Origin: Gemmatimonadota bacterium
Lineage (GTDB): Bacteria > Gemmatimonadota > Gemmatimonadetes > Gemmatimonadales > GWC2-71-9
Length of the DNA: 64,000 nt
Assembly: GCA_046733215.1 (NCBI GenBank)
Contig: JBKPOS010000129.1
Location: 158 to 64,157, forward strand
Direction: 5' to 3'
The notes under the pieces were generated by a model. That model made no database searches and had not been told where the DNA came from. It worked only from the letters and a program-made list of their open reading frames with translations. Positions 36,120 through 46,308 of this stretch are shown here, one piece after another. Every line of letters begins with the position of its first letter. The stretch's first letter is position 1. The position numbers and the translations under genes are program-made.

Positions 36120-38027
36120 GTGTCGGAGCCTCCCAAGCCTCTTCCTCGGGGGCGAGTGCTTGCCGGGCTTGCCCTTGCCGCGCTGGGCGTGGTCTATGGT
36201 GACATCGGGACCAGCCCGCTCTACGCCCTGAAGGAGTGTTTCGTCGGCGATCATGGAATCCCGCCTACCGTTGAGAACGTGCTCGGCATCCTTTCCATCA
36301 TCGTCTGGTCGCTCAACTTCGTCGTTTCGCTCAAATACATCTCGCTGGTAATGCGGGCGGACAATCGTGGCGAAGGCGGCATTCTTGCGCTGATGGCGCT
36401 GGTGCGATCGAAAAGTGTGGCCGGCAGGGTGCCGGTGCAGCGCTTGCTCATCCCGATGGGTCTTTTCGGCGCCGCGCTCCTGTACGGCGACGGCGTGATT
36501 ACGCCAGCGATCTCCGTGCTCGGCGCCATAGAGGGCTTGGGAGTCCTGGCTCCCGTATTCGATCACCTGGTGGTGCCGACGACGGTCGTGATTCTGCTTG
36601 CGCTCTTCCTGTTCCAGCGTCGAGGAACGGCCGGCGTGGGAGCGGTGTTCGGACCGATCACGTTGACCTGGTTCATCTGTATCGCAGCGCTGGGCATCCG
36701 CGGCATCATGCTGGAACCGTCGGTGCTGCGCGCCATCAATCCCTGGTATGCCTTGCACTTCTTTGCCGTGGATGGGCTTCGGGGATTCTTGATCCTGGGC
36801 GCCGTGGTGCTGGTGCTCACTGGAGCCGAGGCGTTGTACGCTGACATGGGGCATTTCGGCAAGCGTCCGATTCGCATCGCCTGGTTCGGACTCGTCCTCC
36901 CCGCGCTGCTCCTGAACTATTTCGGCCAGGGCGCACTGCTGCTGCACGATCCTACTGCGGCCCGTAATCCGTTTTACAGCCTGGTGCCGACGCCGCTGCT
37001 GGTGCCGATGATCGTGATCGCCACGGCCGCCGCTATCGTCGCCTCACAAGCGTTGATCTCGGGGGCATTTTCGCTCACGCAACAAGCTGTGCAGCTGGGA
37101 TATTCGCCCCGCGTGACTATCCGGCATACCTCGCACACCGAGATGGGCCAGATCTATGTTCCCGAGGTCAATAAGGCGCTGGCCGTTGCCTGCATCGGAT
37201 TGGTGCTGGCGTATCGCTCGTCTACCAACCTGGCGGCCGCCTACGGAATCGCCGTGACCGGTACCATGACGATCACTACGGTCCTGTACTACGAGGTCAT
37301 GCGGGTGCGGTGGAATTGGCCTCTCTGGAAAGCTGCAAGTCTCGCGGGAATCTTTCTCCTGGTTGATCTCTCCTTCCTCGGCGCCAATCTGGTCAAGGTG
37401 ACGCACGGCGGCTGGTTCCCGATCGTGGTCGGCATCGGGATCTTCACGCTCATGACGACGTGGAAGCAAGGCCGCAGTTTGCTCGGGCACATTCTGCGAG
37501 AGAACTCGCTGCCGATGGATCTCTTCCTTCAGGACATTGCGCGCCGCAAACCACCGAGAGTGCCCGGCGTGGCGGTGTTTCTGACATCCGCGGCCGGCGG
37601 TGCTCCACCAGTGCTACTGCACCATCTCAAGCACAACCAGGTGCTGCACGAACGAGTCGTGCTGCTCAGCATCGTGACCAAGGACATCCCGCTCGTTCCG
37701 GAGAAGGAGCGCATCGACTGTACCGAGCTGAGCGAAGGGTTTTCGCAGGTGATCGCGCACTACGGCTTCATGGAGACACCCGATGTACCGTCGATTACGC
37801 GGGCATTGAGCAAGCCGGCTCCGCGAGGCCTCGGCCTCACGATCAATCTGTTGCAGACCTCGTTCTATCTGGGGCGGGAAACGTTGATTGCGACCGGCCG
37901 GGCAAAGATGGCGCGGTGGCGGAAGCGGCTGTTTATCCTAATGACCCGTAATGCACAGCCAGCGACCGCATTTTTCGGCTTGCCGCCGAATCGGGTCGTG
38001 GAGCTGGGCGCACAGATTCAGCTGTAA
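36120..38027 (+). CDS. kup: KUP/HAK/KT potassium uptake transporter
   Basis: 635 aa. N-terminal LGVVYGDIGTSPLYALKECF is the Kup signature. 12 TM segments plus a cytoplasmic C-terminal domain. Confidence 0.92.
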   Translation: MSEPPKPLPRGRVLAGLALAALGVVYGDIGTSPLYALKECFVGDHGIPPTVENVLGILSIIVWSLNFVVSLKYISLVMRADNRGEGGILALMALVRSKSVAGRVPVQRLLIPMGLFGAALLYGDGVITPAISVLGAIEGLGVLAPVFDHLVVPTTVVILLALFLFQRRGTAGVGAVFGPITLTWFICIAALGIRGIMLEPSVLRAINPWYALHFFAVDGLRGFLILGAVVLVLTGAEALYADMGHFGKRPIRIAWFGLVLPALLLNYFGQGALLLHDPTAARNPFYSLVPTPLLVPMIVIATAAAIVASQALISGAFSLTQQAVQLGYSPRVTIRHTSHTEMGQIYVPEVNKALAVACIGLVLAYRSSTNLAAAYGIAVTGTMTITTVLYYEVMRVRWNWPLWKAASLAGIFLLVDLSFLGANLVKVTHGGWFPIVVGIGIFTLMTTWKQGRSLLGHILRENSLPMDLFLQDIARRKPPRVPGVAVFLTSAAGGAPPVLLHHLKHNQVLHERVVLLSIVTKDIPLVPEKERIDCTELSEGFSQVIAHYGFMETPDVPSITRALSKPAPRGLGLTINLLQTSFYLGRETLIATGRAKMARWRKRLFILMTRNAQPATAFFGLPPNRVVELGAQIQL

Positions 38028-38034
38028 AGCGGAT

Positions 38035-39990
<1,956 letters not shown>

Positions 39991-40153
39991 GGCAAGAATT
40001 CTTAGAGGGAGCCTCAAGGTAGGGCCGACCGGCCCCATCAGCCAGAGCCGGGTTGCAGTTCTCCAAACTCTGTCGCGGACTGCGGTGGATCGATGCAGAC
40101 ATGGCTTGCAGTGGTGTTCTCCATAACTCTCTGTATCAATGCCTTACGGTGAT

Positions 40154-40168
40154 TGGCACCGCTCTCGC
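40154..40168 (+). promoter_or_regulatory. Sigma54-like -24/-12 element upstream of the STAS-receiver-ccm genes
   Basis: TGGCACcgctcTcGC against TGGCACG-N4-TTGC, with correct GG/GC spacing and two mismatches. It lies about 200 nt upstream of the STAS gene. Confidence 0.3.
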
Positions 40169-40365
40169 CCCTATGCCGGTCGGGTCGCATGGTGCGGCCC
40201 GCGTACAAAAAAATCCGCCCGATAAGAGCACACCCGGAGCGATCCGGGGCCGCAAAACTAGAGGTCTCATCCGTGGATTCAGTTGGGTGAGATAGCTCGG
40301 TGCCGAAGGTGGACACAGGCCAGCCGCAGGTTTGCGCGCCAGCCTTGTCGGGTGTGGGAGGCTCT

Positions 40366-40680
40366 ATGACGGCCACACGCGACAAGACTTGCGATCTCGT
40401 TGCCCCTCAACGTCTGGGGCTCGACACCCGAGTCGAATTCCGAAAAGAAGCCATCCAGGCGCTCGAGGCTCTGCCCGAGGGATCTGGCTGCCTGAACATC
40501 GATCTGTCCAAGACTCGGCAGATCGACTCCGCTGGACTCGGCGTCCTGATGCTGATTCAGCGTCGGGCAGCGGAGCGACGACAGGCGGTGGTGTTGCGCC
40601 AACCAAATGACGAAATCCGCTTTCTGCTGGCGATCACGAAGTTGGCCGGACTGTTCACTCTAGAACCGGCGACATCATGA
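40366..40680 (+). CDS. STAS-domain protein (anti-sigma-factor-antagonist-like)
   Basis: ATG at 40366 preceded by GGGAGG. STAS-like LNIDLSKTRQIDSAGLGVLMLIQRRAAERRQAVVL. Confidence 0.75.
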   Translation: MTATRDKTCDLVAPQRLGLDTRVEFRKEAIQALEALPEGSGCLNIDLSKTRQIDSAGLGVLMLIQRRAAERRQAVVLRQPNDEIRFLLAITKLAGLFTLEPATS

Positions 40681-40798
40681 GGAGGCCGCCCGTCCCGGAC
40701 TATGGACGGTGCTTCATGGCCGGGTTACTGTTGAGGGTCTAACCCCCTGATGTGCCTGTGCCCCATACTGATATGGGGCGATGTTCGAAGGCCTGCCA

Positions 40799-41167
40799 AT
40801 GAGCTCTGAAAGACGGCGCCGGCGCGTCTTGATCGTCGAGGACGAGCCTGCGCTCCGCTTGAGTTACCAGCGCCATTTCAACCCTCGCTACGACCTGGTC
40901 TTCGCCAGCACCGGTGCGGAGGCCTTGGCGAAAGTCGAAGCCGAGCCCCCCGATGTCGCGGTGCTCGATATGCGACTCCCGGATACCGATGGGGTCGATC
41001 TTCTGCGACGGATTCGAATTCGACACCCGACTCTCCCGGTCATCATTACGACTGCGTACATGAGCATCGAACCGCAGCTCAAGGTGCTCGACCTTCCCCA
41101 CTCAGGGTACATTCTCAAGCCCTTCCGTCTCGACGAGCTCGGCGCCCGCATCGATGCCGTCCTTTGA
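40799..41167 (+). CDS. Stand-alone CheY-like receiver protein
   Basis: VLIVEDEP, the phospho-acceptor context DVAVLDMRLPDTDG, and ILKPF. No output domain. ATG at 40799 has GAAGG upstream; the track start at 40781 is the alternative. Confidence 0.82.
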   Translation: MSSERRRRRVLIVEDEPALRLSYQRHFNPRYDLVFASTGAEALAKVEAEPPDVAVLDMRLPDTDGVDLLRRIRIRHPTLPVIITTAYMSIEPQLKVLDLPHSGYILKPFRLDELGARIDAVL

Positions 41168-41870
41168 CGGCAGCCTGCTCGCTGCCGTCGGTCTCGAGCG
41201 ATCCTTTGGCCATATCCGGGTGTTGCGCGGTATCGACCTTCAGGTCGGGCCCGGGGACACACTCGTCGTAGCCGGTCCGAATGGCGCCGGCAAGACCACC
41301 CTGTTGCGGGTGTTGGCTGGGCTGTCTCGGCCAAGCGCCGGGGAAGTCTGGGTGCTCGGGAAAAGACTCGACCGCTCGACCCCGGAGACGCGTCGCCCGA
41401 TCGGATTCGTTTCGCACCAGTCGATGCTCTACGATGACCTCACGATCGCCGAGAACATTTCGCTGGCGGCCCGACTCTATGGGTTGCCGGATCCTCGAGC
41501 CAAGGCCGCGCGCGCACTGGAGTCTGTCGGGCTGGCGGAGCGTGGGTCGGACCGCCCTCGAGAACTGAGCCGGGGTTTGCTGCAGCGCGCCTCGATTGCG
41601 CGCGCGCTGGTCCATGAGCCAAGCCTGTTGCTGCTCGACGAGCCGTTTACGGGACTCGATGCGTCGGCGGCCGAGCGGTTGCGGGAACTGCTTCACGAGC
41701 GCAGGCAACGAGGACTGGGCCTTCTGCTGGTCAGTCACCACCTCGACGAAGCCTGGCATCTCGCGACCCACGTCGCCGTTCTGGGCGGCGGCCGGTGGCT
41801 GCTCGACGAACCGAAGAACGGTGCGCTGGCCGACTTCATCCCGCGGTATCGCGCGGTGGCGCATGGCTGA
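41154..41870 (+). CDS. ccmA: Heme exporter ATP-binding protein
   Basis: Walker A GPNGAGKTTLLR, signature LSRGLLQRASIARAL, Walker B LLLLDEP. Followed by ccmB and ccmC. Confidence 0.85.
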   Translation: MPSFDGSLLAAVGLERSFGHIRVLRGIDLQVGPGDTLVVAGPNGAGKTTLLRVLAGLSRPSAGEVWVLGKRLDRSTPETRRPIGFVSHQSMLYDDLTIAENISLAARLYGLPDPRAKAARALESVGLAERGSDRPRELSRGLLQRASIARALVHEPSLLLLDEPFTGLDASAAERLRELLHERRQRGLGLLLVSHHLDEAWHLATHVAVLGGGRWLLDEPKNGALADFIPRYRAVAHG

Positions 41871-42543
41871 CGGCCTCCGGCTCGCTCTGGTCATCGCCGC
41901 CAAGGATGTGCAAGCGGAGCTGCGCAGCAAGACCGCGCTGCTCTCCGCAACCGTATTCGCGGCCCTCGTGCTCGTCATCTTCAACTTTGCCCGGGACCCG
42001 ACTGCGCTGAGCGCAACGGATCTCGCGCCCAGCGCACTCTGGGTGACCTTCGCCTTCGCGGCGATGGTGGCAATGAACCGCTCCTTTACGGTCGAGCGGG
42101 AGCATGGAGCGCTGGATGGTCTCCTGCTTGCTCCGGTGCCGAGAGGTGCTTTGTTTGCCGGCAAGCTGCTTGCGAACCTTGCGTTTGTCGCGGCGGTGGA
42201 AGCAGTCGCGCTCCCATTGTTCGTTCTCTTCTTCAACGTCGATCTCTCCCGGGCGCTTCCCGGCATCATCGGCACGGCGGCGCTCGCCACAGTGGGGTTC
42301 GTCGCCGTGGGTACCATCTTCGGAGCGATGGCAGTGCGGACTCGCTTTGCCGAGCTGATGCTGCCGGTGTTGCTCCTCCCCTTCATGGTGCCGCCGCTGA
42401 TCGGCGCGGTGCAGGTCACGTCGAGGTTGCTGGCCGCCCGTCCGTTGAGTGAGATGATGGGATGGCTTAGGTTACTCGCGGTTTACGACGTCGTATTCGT
42501 GACTCTCGCCGCTCTCGCCTTCTCCTTCGTGGTGGAAGAATGA
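41863..42543 (+). CDS. ccmB: Heme exporter protein B
   Basis: ATG at 41863 (MADGLRLALVIAAKDVQAELRSK), six TM segments, and the CcmB-typical EREHGALDGLLLAP. Confidence 0.85.
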   Translation: MADGLRLALVIAAKDVQAELRSKTALLSATVFAALVLVIFNFARDPTALSATDLAPSALWVTFAFAAMVAMNRSFTVEREHGALDGLLLAPVPRGALFAGKLLANLAFVAAVEAVALPLFVLFFNVDLSRALPGIIGTAALATVGFVAVGTIFGAMAVRTRFAELMLPVLLLPFMVPPLIGAVQVTSRLLAARPLSEMMGWLRLLAVYDVVFVTLAALAFSFVVEE

Positions 42544-43262
42544 CCGGCCTGCCGGGCGCCGCTTCTGTCGTCACGTGCACTCGCGCCCGCGCCGTGGTCC
42601 GCCGCGGCACCATCATCAGCTCTATCGCCTTGATCGGGATCGGCTTTGCCGCGATCCTTGCGCTCGGATTCACGCCGATAGAGGCGCGACAGGGACTCGC
42701 CCAGAAGATCTTCTATCTCCACGTTCCATCGGCCTGGAGTGCGCTTCTGGCGTTTTCGCTGGTTGGGATCGCGGGCGGTCTCTACCTGTGGCTGGAAGAT
42801 CCGCGGCTCGACCGCTTCGCCGCGGCGTCGGCCGAGGTCGGAGTCGCTTTTGCCGCGGTAATGCTGACCACGGGACCGATCTGGGCCAAGCCGATCTGGG
42901 GCACGTGGTGGACCTGGGACGCACGACTCACTCTGACCCTGTTCCTGTTCTTTCTCTTCGTTGGCTACCTCGCGCTCCGGGCTGCGGTACATGACCGGCA
43001 CGAACGCGCGCGGTTCAGCGCGGTCTTGGGGATCATGGGTCTGCTGTTGGTCCCCTTCATCCACCTGAGCGTCTACCTCTTCCGCACCCTCCATCCCCAG
43101 CCGATCGTACTCAAGCCGAGCGCACCGTCGCTGCCCTGGGAGATGCTTCGGACCCTGCTGGTCTCGACCGTGATGTTCACACTGCTCTATATCGGGTACG
43201 TGACCATCCGCTACGGCATCGGCCTCGCCATCGATGCTCGCGAGCAGAGCGATGCCGGCTGA
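42540..43262 (+). CDS. ccmC: Heme exporter protein C
   Basis: Tryptophan-rich WWD motif WGTWWTWDARLT. ATGA overlap with ccmB. Confidence 0.9.
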   Translation: MTGLPGAASVVTCTRARAVVRRGTIISSIALIGIGFAAILALGFTPIEARQGLAQKIFYLHVPSAWSALLAFSLVGIAGGLYLWLEDPRLDRFAAASAEVGVAFAAVMLTTGPIWAKPIWGTWWTWDARLTLTLFLFFLFVGYLALRAAVHDRHERARFSAVLGIMGLLLVPFIHLSVYLFRTLHPQPIVLKPSAPSLPWEMLRTLLVSTVMFTLLYIGYVTIRYGIGLAIDAREQSDAG

Positions 43263-43377
43263 GCCGCCAGCGACCGGCGGCTACATGGTGGCCGCGTATG
43301 TCGTAGCGGCGGCGATTCTGTTGGGGTATTTCCTGTCGCTTCTACGACGAGCGAAACGGATACTGCGTGAACGGTGA
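43252..43377 (+). CDS. ccmD: Heme exporter protein D-like small membrane protein
   Basis: 41-codon ORF not in the track: MPAEPPATGGYMVAAYVVAAAILLGYFLSLLRRAKRILRER. It has one TM followed by a basic tail, overlaps the ccmC end, and sits in the canonical position. Confidence 0.65.
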   Translation: MPAEPPATGGYMVAAYVVAAAILLGYFLSLLRRAKRILRER

Positions 43378-43435
43378 ACGGTAAACGGGGACTCCGCCGA
43401 TAATCGGAGCCCCCGTTCACCGTTCACTGTTCACG
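43366..43435. repeat. Heptamer-built long palindrome (copy 1) between convergent ccmD and KAS genes
   Basis: Left arm TGAACGG TGAACGG TAAACGG, core GGACTCCG-CCGATAAT-CGGAGCC, right arm CCGTTCA CCGTTCA CTGTTCA. About 31 paired positions with 2 mismatches and one G-T. It contains the stop codons of both flanking genes. Confidence 0.8.
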
Positions 43436-44675
43436 CTGTTCTTCGAAACACCAAGCTGGCGTTAATCCCACCAAAGCCGAACGAATTGCTGAGCACGAAT
43501 TCCGGCCGTGCTTCGCGCCCGTCGCCCCGGATGTAATCCAGATCGCACGCGGGATCGGGTGTCTCGAGGTTCACGGTCGGCGGAAGCCACCCGTTGCGGA
43601 GCGACAACGCGCAGATCGCGGCCTCAATGGCGCCGCTCGCACCGAGCGCGTGGCCGTAGTAGCCCTTGGTCCCGCTCAAGACAAGTCGATACGCATGGTC
43701 GCCGAATACCTGCTTGATCGATGCGGTTTCGGTGGGATCGTTGAGCGGAGTCGAGGAGCCGTGCGCGTTGATGTAGCCGATATCGGCCGGAGCCACGTGG
43801 GCGTCCCTGAGCGCGAGCTGCATCGCCCTCGCGGCCTGACGCCCGTCCGGCCGCGGCGCGGTCATGTGGTACGCATCGTTGGTGAGTCCGTACCCACACA
43901 CCTCCGCATAGATCGGCGCTCCTCGCGCGAGGGCCCGGCCACGCTCTTCCAGCACGAGCACAGCGGCTCCTTCGCCCATAACGAAACCGTCGCGCCCACT
44001 GTCGAAAGGACGACTGGCCCGCTCCGGGTCCTCGTTCCTCGTGGACATGGCCCGAATGATGGCAAAGGCTCCGAAACAAAGCGGCGCGAGTGGTGCCTCG
44101 ACGCCGCCGGCGACCATAGTGTCGGCATCTCCCCGTACAATGGCGCGGAACGCTTCGCCGATTGCGATGGTCCCCGACGCGCAGCTCATCCCGTTGGTCG
44201 AGTTCGGCCCGGTGAGCCCGAATTCGATCGCCACATTGCAGCTGGCGGCTCCCGCGAAGACCATGAGGGCCAGGCTCGGATCGACCGCTCTCGGGCCGCC
44301 ACGCAGGAACTCGGGATACTGTTGCTCGGCGAACGCTACGCCACCCAACGCGGTGCCCATCATCGCTCCCACCGTATCCCGGTCTTCGCGAGCCAATTCA
44401 ATGCCGGCGTCGAGCAGCGCCAGTCTGGTTGCGGCGACGCTGAATCTCCCGAACCGGTCGAGCCGGCGGGCTCGACGTTCCTCCAGATGATCCGTCGCGA
44501 CAAAATCGTTCACCTGCGCTGCGATGCGGCTCTTGAACGGCGTGGGGTCGAACCGGGTCACGCACTGCACTGCCGAGCGCGATTCCTGGAGACCCGTCCA
44601 GAGCTGTTCTGCGCCAGTCCCGATCGGTGTGATTGCTCCTATACCGGTAATGACAACCCTGCGTAGGTCAGGCAT
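43431..44675 (-). CDS. Beta-ketoacyl-ACP synthase I/II family condensing enzyme
   Basis: ATG at 44675 (MPDLRRVVITGIGAITPIGTG). Active-site Cys in GMSCASG. Two His in YINAHGSSTP and GYYGHALGASG. Confidence 0.88.
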   Translation of the reverse strand: MPDLRRVVITGIGAITPIGTGAEQLWTGLQESRSAVQCVTRFDPTPFKSRIAAQVNDFVATDHLEERRARRLDRFGRFSVAATRLALLDAGIELAREDRDTVGAMMGTALGGVAFAEQQYPEFLRGGPRAVDPSLALMVFAGAASCNVAIEFGLTGPNSTNGMSCASGTIAIGEAFRAIVRGDADTMVAGGVEAPLAPLCFGAFAIIRAMSTRNEDPERASRPFDSGRDGFVMGEGAAVLVLEERGRALARGAPIYAEVCGYGLTNDAYHMTAPRPDGRQAARAMQLALRDAHVAPADIGYINAHGSSTPLNDPTETASIKQVFGDHAYRLVLSGTKGYYGHALGASGAIEAAICALSLRNGWLPPTVNLETPDPACDLDYIRGDGREARPEFVLSNSFGFGGINASLVFRRTA

Positions 44676-45129
44676 ACCCGTTCTCCACTGCGTGGCGGAT
44701 GCCTGCCAGCGTGCGGGAGGCAATCCCGTGAATGAACACCGGTCCAATTATCAAGTTGGCGGCGATAGTCCCAACCAAAGGCCATCGCGGCCCCGACCAT
44801 TCGTGTACGATCGATACTTCCGTGCCGTTGCCGTTCCGTACCATGCGCCACTCCACATCCATCCCGGTGGTGACGCCCCGCACATGGCGGTAGCGAATTG
44901 CGGGGCTCTGCGGGTCGACCGTCATTTGCGAGACCCACCACGTGGGGTACTTGACGGGGCCGAACGGCCGCCAGGCCGCCATTTCGACCAGCGCGCTGCC
45001 ATTGTCGCGCCTGAGCACCCGAACCCAGCGATAATGCCGCAACAACTCGGGCCACCGCTCCACCGCGGAAGCCGCGTGGAACACTCGCTCCACCGGCGCA
45101 CGCATGAAGAGACGATCAACCGTGCGCAT
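44668..45129 (-). CDS. SRPBCC (polyketide cyclase/dehydrase and lipid-transport, START-like) protein
   Basis: 153 aa from the ATG at 45129. The SRPBCC-typical start is RAPVERVFHAASAVERWPELLRHY. 8-nt overlap with the KAS start. Confidence 0.7.
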   Translation of the reverse strand: MRTVDRLFMRAPVERVFHAASAVERWPELLRHYRWVRVLRRDNGSALVEMAAWRPFGPVKYPTWWVSQMTVDPQSPAIRYRHVRGVTTGMDVEWRMVRNGNGTEVSIVHEWSGPRWPLVGTIAANLIIGPVFIHGIASRTLAGIRHAVENGYA

Positions 45130-45827
45130 CAGGGCACGCCCGGCGCCCAGGTTGCCACGAGACGCCAACCGGGTCGTCGAGCCACCCGCGCGGATACACC
45201 GGCGCGCGCGAGCAGAGAAGCGAGCTCCGACGGTGTAAAACCGCGGCGTATCGATGTCATGCCATCGGCGCGAGTGACGGGGTCGAACCGGAGCAGGCGG
45301 GCCCCCCAACTGAAGGCAAACATCGCGAGAGGCGCCCGGCGCAAATCAGTGATGATTACTGCGCGGCGGGCGATGCGATCGCAGGCCCGGAAGAGCTGCA
45401 CCACAGACTCCGGCTCGAAGTGATGCGCCAGCATGCTTACCGCGACGAGGTCGACACTCTTCTCCGCGACCGGCGGCGCACCGGCACAGCCCACGATCAT
45501 CGGGAGCCCACGCGACCGGGCCTGACGCGCAGCCGCAGGATGGCGATCCAGGCCGATTGGCACGAGCGCGATGCCCCGCCGCGCCGCCCATCGTGCGGCG
45601 GCGCGGGGGAGGTCACCCAGGCCGGATCCCAGGTCGAGTAGAGTGAGGCTCGTGCCCGGAGCGAGACCCCGAAACACCCGCGACAATCCGAAGCGCAACG
45701 CGGAAGCACCGCCGAACCACCGGTTGGATCGCGCAATGTTCCGCAGCGATTCCGCCACCAGTCGGGAGTCCGTCAACGGATCGTCGAGAAGTTCGGCGCC
45801 GAGCCGTCGAACCGTGAGTTCAGGCAC
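45129..45827 (-). CDS. Class I SAM-dependent methyltransferase
   Basis: GTG at 45827, two nt after the flavin reductase stop. Motif I LLDLGSGLGD. The upstream part of track ORF 45129..46379 is out-of-frame overlap with the neighbouring gene. Confidence 0.75.
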   Translation of the reverse strand: MPELTVRRLGAELLDDPLTDSRLVAESLRNIARSNRWFGGASALRFGLSRVFRGLAPGTSLTLLDLGSGLGDLPRAAARWAARRGIALVPIGLDRHPAAARQARSRGLPMIVGCAGAPPVAEKSVDLVAVSMLAHHFEPESVVQLFRACDRIARRAVIITDLRRAPLAMFAFSWGARLLRFDPVTRADGMTSIRRGFTPSELASLLARAGVSARVARRPGWRLVATWAPGVP

Positions 45828-45829
45828 GT

Positions 45830-46306
45830 TTATTCGAATGCGCCGTAACCGCCGCGGTAGTAGAGCAGCGGACGACCGTCCGCCGTCGAGCCGGCAACCA
45901 CACGCCCCACGACGATAGTGTGGTCGCCCGCCGCGACTGTATTCTGCCTCACGCACTCTATGTGCGCGAGCGCACCCTCCAGCAGGACGCCACCGTACTG
46001 GCCCGGATGGTATCCCACGCCGTCGAAGCGATCGTCGAACGGGTCCGCAAAGCGACGTGATAGCTCCTCCTGATGGCTCGACAAGATATTGATGACGAAG
46101 CGATCGGATCCCACCAGCAGATCGTGCATCGCAGCGCCGTGGTCGATCGCCACGGAAAGGAGTGGCGGACGGAGTGACACGGATGCGAGACTGTTTGCCG
46201 TCATTCCGTGTGGCCTGCCATCGGGCGCCGTCAAGGTGATGACCACGACGCCGGTGGCGAAGCGCCCAAGCAGCTGCCTGAATTGCGCGTCGTCTACGTC
46301 GGGCAC
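45830..46306 (-). CDS. Flavin reductase-like (NAD(P)H-flavin oxidoreductase) domain protein
   Basis: FRQLLGRFATGVVVITLTAPDGRPHGMTANSLASVSLRPPLLSV is the flavin reductase domain core. GTG at 46306 follows the upstream stop by 2 nt; the track start at 46336 is the alternative. Confidence 0.8.
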   Translation of the reverse strand: MPDVDDAQFRQLLGRFATGVVVITLTAPDGRPHGMTANSLASVSLRPPLLSVAIDHGAAMHDLLVGSDRFVINILSSHQEELSRRFADPFDDRFDGVGYHPGQYGGVLLEGALAHIECVRQNTVAAGDHTIVVGRVVAGSTADGRPLLYYRGGYGAFE

Positions 46307-46308
46307 GG

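Noticed and set aside
35700-36947. 415-aa minus-strand ORF.
   Set aside because: It is antisense to the clearly recognisable kup gene and the end of the DsbA-like gene. Its Arg/His/Gln-rich nonsense composition marks it as a high-GC artefact.
41115-42419. 434-aa minus-strand ORF.
   Set aside because: It is antisense to ccmA and ccmB, which carry unambiguous ABC and CcmB motifs. The sequence is low-complexity and Ala/Arg/Ser-rich.
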